This document shows, piece after piece, positions 62,722 through 64,000 of a stretch of 64,000 bases of DNA (its first letter is position 1; every line of letters starts with the position of its first letter). The translations under genes and the position numbers were made by a program. The notes below the pieces were generated by a model. The model saw nothing but the letters and a program-made list of their open reading frames with translations, was not told where the DNA came from and searched no databases. Source of the stretch: Sphyrna mokarran (Eukaryota); NCBI GenBank assembly GCA_024679065.1, contig JAGIQG010000021.1:25110001-25174000 (forward strand), read 5' to 3'.

Positions 62722-63033
62722 TTAAAAATTTATTTGTGGAATGTGCGTGTTGCTGGCTGGCCAGCATTTATTACCCATCCCTGTGGCTGTGGCATTGCAT
62801 GTAGGCCAAATCAGATAAGGACGGCAGATTTCCTTCCCTAAAGGACATTTGTGAACCAGATGGGTTTTTCTGACAATCGACAATGGGTTTCAGATTCATA
62901 ATTTAAGATGTTTAAAAAATTGAATTCAAATTCCACCATCTGCCATGACAGGATTCAAATCTGGATCCCCAGAATATTAGCTGAGTTTCTGGATTAAGAC
63001 TTTGGTGCTAATACGACTCGACCATTGCCTCCC
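62722..63033 (-). mobile_element. tRNA-derived SINE family C
   Basis: tgctggctggccagcatttattacccatccc..cagatttccttccctaaaggacatt..aaccagatggg..ggattcaaatctggatccccagaatattagctgagtttctggatt. Confidence 0.75.
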
Positions 63034-63437
63034 TGGCTTCAGTGAGAATAAATTATTTGGATAACTTTTACTGCCCAGTTTCCTTTGAGGGATTTTAAAA
63101 TTGACCTGTATAACTTTCACACCCTTGCCCTCAATGACAATATTCTGATTACTGTTAGAACTCACAACCATGGGCAGAACCTTCAATTTTAAGTGATGGA
63201 ACATTCTACAACTATTGATTTTGTGTTGCTGCAAAACAAGATTTGGATCATGTAGATCTAGAGTGAAAAGACATGGAACAATGCAAGGGAGAGTCACCCT
63301 GGACCATGAAATACTAAAACCATAATCCATACTAAAAAAAAGCCCCCTCTTCCCCTACTAAATCACAATAGAATGTAGACTCATCCCTTTCCACCAGGCT
63401 GCCAGGAAATATGGAGGCAAGCTAGATCCACAACACC

Positions 63438-63660
63438 AATTTGCATTTATGTAGTGCTTTTAATGTGATCAAATGTCCCTTGGGACTTCAAAGGAACATT
63501 AACAAAGAAAATTTGACACCAAGCCTTATAAGATGACATATGGTCGTGTAACCCAAAGCGTGATCAAAGATGATTCGATTAACTTTTTCAGGAGGAGAGA
63601 GAGAGAGAGAGAGAGACAAAGAGGTTTTGAAAGGGAATTACAACTGAACCTGGATGTATT
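63438..63660 (-). mobile_element. L2-type 3' end with internal (GA)n at about 63595-63616
   Basis: ttgcatttatgtagtgcttttaatgtg..aaaatttgacaccaagcc. Confidence 0.55.
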
Positions 63661-64000
63661 TCCTTCCTCAAAAAATTAACCATCTCCTTCTCCATCAGTC
63701 TGTCAACTAACCTAGGTACATTTCTCCTTCAGTGCCAAAGAACATGAAACTTAAACGGGATTTAGTCTAGTTATAAGGCGAATTCGACACTTCAAGCAAG
63801 TTCAGTGCTATTACAAACACTGAAAAACTACCCCAAAATGTTCCTTTAGACCAGCAGGAATGGTAGAATCAATTGATTCCTACATACAAAGGGAGAAAAC
63901 TATTGTAACTCCTTTATCTGACCACCCCAGAATATAATTCACCTCCTTCCACTAACATATACAAAATATGAATTCATCCAGACAGACAATCAACAAGTCT

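Noticed and set aside
49177-64000. Coding exons of the expected neighbour CSNK1D (or CCDC57 upstream)
   Set aside because: No recognisable peptide from either gene was found in the ORF track or by eye.
1-64000. CRISPR array, operon or prokaryotic defence/retron system
   Set aside because: The sequence is vertebrate; the RT ORFs are non-LTR retrotransposons and there is no regularly spaced repeat-spacer array.

Overview
This is eukaryotic DNA, almost certainly from an elasmobranch (shark-like) fish, judged by HE1/V-SINE-type tRNA SINEs, CR1 LINEs, Deu-domain and LF-SINE-like relics. It contains one recognisable protein-coding gene, SLC16A3 (MCT4, the lactate exporter), on the + strand. Its four coding exons (35017-35239, 44601-44744, 47438-48214, 48905-49176) splice to 1416 nt, or 471 aa. 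A CpG-rich promoter-like island with many RCGTG (HRE-type) motifs lies about 24 kb upstream of the ATG, and a TE-poor probable long 3'UTR follows the gene. The rest is a mosaic of decayed retroelements (CR1, a second CR1-group LINE, RTE, Rex/Babar, L2, Penelope relics and several SINE families); most long ORFs in the supplied track are LINE ORF2 fragments or their antisense shadows. The most unusual object is a young CR1 family present twice in inverted orientation. Its roughly 540-nt 3'UTR carries a splice acceptor, an approximately 120-nt three-way-junction RNA fold and a captured, head-degenerate V-SINE that supplies its tail. No prokaryotic-type system is present. Repeat boundaries were set by eye and are approximate (about 20 nt either way); family names come from recalled consensus sequences, not database searches.
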